Source of the DNA: an uncultured Gammaproteobacteria bacterium
GTDB taxonomy: Bacteria > Patescibacteriota > Microgenomatia > Levybacterales > UBA12049
NCBI GenBank assembly: GCA_964571255.1
Contig: CAZNAA010000001.1
Coordinates: 16,167 to 80,166 of the forward strand
Reading direction: 5' to 3'
Length of the DNA stretch: 64,000 nt
Below, piece by piece: positions 62,101 to 64,000 of this stretch. The first letter of the stretch is position 1. The number at the start of each line of letters is the position of its first letter. Position numbers and translations under genes: made by a program. Under the pieces are notes generated by a model. It worked only from the letters and a program-made list of their open reading frames with translations. It was not told the DNA's origin and ran no database searches.

Positions 62101-62189
62101 GGAAGTGCTATAAGGAGAAAAGCCAAAATTATTCCTCTGGTAAATAGGGATTTATGTAACTCAATAAAAGCAGTAAGCTTTTTCATCAC
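59133..62189 (-). CDS. Large secreted protein with beta-propeller-like repeats and C-terminal X-dockerin
   Basis: N-terminal TM. Repeated HIVA/VHLVW blade-like segments. C-terminus: GDTDGNNELNLLDYNIIDGCY...DLNDDGKVNQLDYNLFVREL. Confidence 0.55.
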   Translation of the reverse strand: MMKKLTAFIELHKSLFTRGIILAFLLIALPLTIYLNSQNQDNRQRAADTSELFCSFEEWKPVPDWLLGNNSLGSEKKRFPPDYFDEEKRDSIVPGPVIEAGQETSTYRYNNDGSLEYKVTHGGPLPVRYDPRKDIVRGEFSGRSYATSAWSTFIGQVNSMYYGRYSSETANRTISLGVVQKYAIMGVAVGAIGNLIDEKGGSTDGPAYSATQINKQIEDFYAGTLTVNNPTVKPYKTNDPNSDERYILVGQKVTLQMLSDVIGFDITNFDLRKKKFSILPSGGWNMQEEKDRMIAETASCTVIPTPKPTSSTPVSCDEQLMIPPVNFRKDFPSFTPNICPAHVANRDPGTNRNELDVCGEYWVTQWCNGNKQNATYACRGWSQTETNPVLLYYTNRIYAITTTKGTEGDGGQLAANIAKYGDVLGRRVTWNNFMKELKNGKIAYPWEHSSATKPAEEVRNNALNAASTAIFGKPWNFIKEQERMNNCSTTWDTPPTPSTSITPSVSLPPDGEDDQISVGDAKDIRPKVYKDKSGNIYIAWEVTEPENAKGINYAKGVWNGNKYTFPIQGTVGNTCASQGCAPAIAVNDTHIIITWAGPSNLMVAKYSKSDFKPQSVVPISQIGVGLSPNVAVDSQGRFHIVADGDFKTKYCIFNTEDNTCSTYKEIDTANSKPDIAIDSEDTVHIVAGKNGVHYLTLKPGESTFADKVISSGNGQQITADTSGNVHLVWSEDFDIHYCKKTINSDCTSSNNRVIQEENGTNPSIGVTDTGGILIAYNSGEQRMKYSKYMDGTWTQATTFGQQGATGVDISPISYDSKLSAVWSSDWDIWHRNFSFGDGTAFDLTLLLDGIGEAGDYTNRTVSDKSNKDPQHKNRSLAVQFFNEQNALVYTKIGTVSYNKELGVFKGIIPLGIDIAEGKYYTKVKMDQYLVKPLTFFSVKLGEVNVHPPLTLVTGDTDGNNELNLLDYNIIDGCYKDIKSSARSCDDELARLSDLNDDGKVNQLDYNLFVRELPAKKGQ

Positions 62190-62236
62190 TTATTAGAGTA
62201 AAGGAGAGTACCTCATGCTGTCAACAATAAGTCTCT

Positions 62237-64000
62237 TTATGGGGCAACTTCTCGATAGATATATGTATTGGTTTTCAAAAGCTCAGGAGCGTTTAAAACA
62301 AAATCCAGTCGTTCCTTTACTGAAAGAGAAGGATAGGTAATGTTGAAAGCACAAAGATCACGTCTATTAATAAAGCTTCCTCCACTAAGTCCGGCGTTGA
62401 CTACTAAGGCTCCATCAACATTGAGTTGTAAATCATCTCCGTTTCCATTGCTACAGTTAGCTCCTGCTCCAGTTGGATCCTTAGCGTCAATAATAATAGA
62501 TTCATCAGCACTAAAAAAACCTTGCATTTGTCCACTTGTTGAAGGAGCAGGGCAAGAAAAAGCGCTGGTTCCCACATCTTTAGTAACGGTTATATCTCCT
62601 TTTACAGAAAAAGTACTGGTAGAGGAGACAGGAGTAGTAATTTGTCCATTAATTGTTAGGTCTCCATTGATAAGGAAAATATGATCCTTATTTGCCCCCA
62701 GCGTACTGTTTCCTGTAAGTGTGACGTTACCATTTGCCCTATAAATTCCATTGGCTGGATTATTGAGGGTGCAGTTAGAAAGGTCAGAACACACTGTTGT
62801 TAAATCAGTTGGAGTAATGTTTGAGGTCTCTGCTGCTCCGAGTAAGTAGTCATAGGATGTTTGGAGTCCTGCAGTGACGGTATTTTGGTTTCCGCTAAAG
62901 AAAGTAAAATATTCAGGGAAGGGAGTGCCTAGTACCCAATTTGTACTGGAGGCTGCCCCCACGCCTCCAAAGGCACTGGAGGGGGTAGAGGTACCAATAA
63001 GTAAGACTCCAGGATTACTATTATTGCCAGGAACAAGAGTATATCCTCCGTTACAGGCACTTGCATTAGAAACGGTATTGTTCAGTCCACCATCAAATCT
63101 TCCATCAGATCCAACCATTTGGATCCAGGGAATTGAATCTGAAATAGCAAAATCAAGATCTTGAATATCACACACTGTGGTATCAATATATGATGCCCCT
63201 GTCGTTGTATCTAAAGGACCACTGGTACAAATTGGCCCTACCTGTACTGAATAAGCAGGTGGGGTGGTTCCACGGGGCCAGATAACTCTGTATCCAGCAG
63301 GAAGTGGGGAAGTGAGAGAAATTGTTCTTACTCCAGATGGAATATTAGAGAGCGTATAGCTTCCGTTAATACTATTTGTTGTGACTGTTCCGCTCGTTGT
63401 TGTTCCACTGATCTCAAGACTTCCACTAGTATATATGCTGTCTCCTCCATCAAATATTTTATTCTTATTTCTGTCGTTAAATATTCTACCCGATACCGTA
63501 TGAAGAGGAGAAATTCCAAAGTTAACTGTTGTTGGCTGAGTAAGAGAAATAGAACGTAAAGAAGGAGTGGTTAGTTGATACCCGGCAGGAGCAGTATATG
63601 AGACATCGTAAGATGAAGGAGCAAGGTTTGTTCGAGCATAGTGTCCATTACTATCAAGAGGAGTAGCTGAACCATTTACTAACACATTTCCTCCACCAGT
63701 ATACGTAACTTCTCCAGTATCTATGAATCCATTTTCGTTAAGATCAATAAAGACATCGCCACTGATATAGGGATTTCCTCGAACGGTAACTGTTCCTAAG
63801 AGAGCCTCTGGGAAGGAATAACTACTTCCATAGAGTTCAAATACAGAAGGATTTTCATTAATCCAAGGAGCGACTGATGATCCTGAAGTATTAGAAGATG
63901 CAGGAGAAAAGTCTGTACTATCAATTTCAACTCTGATCGTATCAGCATCTGAGGTGTTCCAGGAAATAGTACTTGAACAAGTGAAGTCTCCGTCTTGGAT
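62237..64000 (-). CDS. Secreted parallel beta-helix-like repeat protein (N-terminus beyond window end)
   Basis: The frame is open to the window edge and the track start is only the first in-frame GTG. Repetitive G/N/T-rich beta-strand repeats (GNVTLTGNSTLGANKDHIFLINGDLTINGQITT). Confidence 0.45.
   Translation of the reverse strand: MQDGDFTCSSTISWNTSDADTIRVEIDSTDFSPASSNTSGSSVAPWINENPSVFELYGSSYSFPEALLGTVTVRGNPYISGDVFIDLNENGFIDTGEVTYTGGGNVLVNGSATPLDSNGHYARTNLAPSSYDVSYTAPAGYQLTTPSLRSISLTQPTTVNFGISPLHTVSGRIFNDRNKNKIFDGGDSIYTSGSLEISGTTTSGTVTTNSINGSYTLSNIPSGVRTISLTSPLPAGYRVIWPRGTTPPAYSVQVGPICTSGPLDTTTGASYIDTTVCDIQDLDFAISDSIPWIQMVGSDGRFDGGLNNTVSNASACNGGYTLVPGNNSNPGVLLIGTSTPSSAFGGVGAASSTNWVLGTPFPEYFTFFSGNQNTVTAGLQTSYDYLLGAAETSNITPTDLTTVCSDLSNCTLNNPANGIYRANGNVTLTGNSTLGANKDHIFLINGDLTINGQITTPVSSTSTFSVKGDITVTKDVGTSAFSCPAPSTSGQMQGFFSADESIIIDAKDPTGAGANCSNGNGDDLQLNVDGALVVNAGLSGGSFINRRDLCAFNITYPSLSVKERLDFVLNAPELLKTNTYIYREVAP

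Overview
This window looks like a low-GC, reduced genome of a Candidate Phyla Radiation (Patescibacteria)-type bacterium. The strongest evidence is a 16S rRNA gene (43964-46233) that is not followed by a 23S gene, has a divergent 515-region, and is interrupted near its 3' end by a ~780 nt insertion encoding a single-motif LAGLIDADG homing endonuclease.

Housekeeping content:
- mreB-mreC-mreD-PBP2 cell-shape cluster, followed by topA
- fmt-def pair
- ribosomal proteins L28 and L33 (L33 is below the ORF-track cutoff and was found by manual translation)
- SpoU methyltransferase, family-4 uracil-DNA glycosylase, CorA, a PAP2 phosphatase, an M50 site-2 protease, and an RND pump with its membrane-fusion partner
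- seven tRNAs found by hand-folding: Trp, Thr(GGT), Tyr, Thr(TGT), Cys and Ile(GAT)

Accessory content:
- 284-7398: a minus-strand cellulose-related cluster with a GT39-like glycosyltransferase, a GT2 cellulose-synthase-like enzyme, a GH8 endoglucanase, a Pro/Thr-rich repeat protein, and a GH5 cellulase carrying two CBM-like modules.
- 7538-8695: a surface protein with a sortase domain and an in-cis LPRTG motif.
- 10397-14214: a GH13 alpha-glucosidase-like enzyme plus two alpha/beta hydrolases.
- 25218-27909: a Thr-Tyr-[X]-Thr tRNA operon. An intact HTH-plus-LAGLIDADG-like endonuclease gene sits between the tRNAs, with its 3' end overlapping a tRNA 5' end. A decayed paralog abuts tRNA-Trp in the same way.
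- 40969-41518: a BrnT/BrnA toxin-antitoxin pair.
- 49901-52853: two divergently transcribed paralogous cytoplasmic proteins that share beta-carbonic-anhydrase-like Cys/His motifs, followed by a CofE-like ligase.
- 53617 to the window end: a cellulosome-like cohesin-dockerin locus. It has a membrane-anchored cohesin protein, a cohesin-plus-dockerin adaptor, an M4 metalloprotease-dockerin, a large beta-propeller-dockerin protein and a beta-helix protein.

All calls rest on motifs read directly from the translations and on manual RNA folding. No database searches were run.
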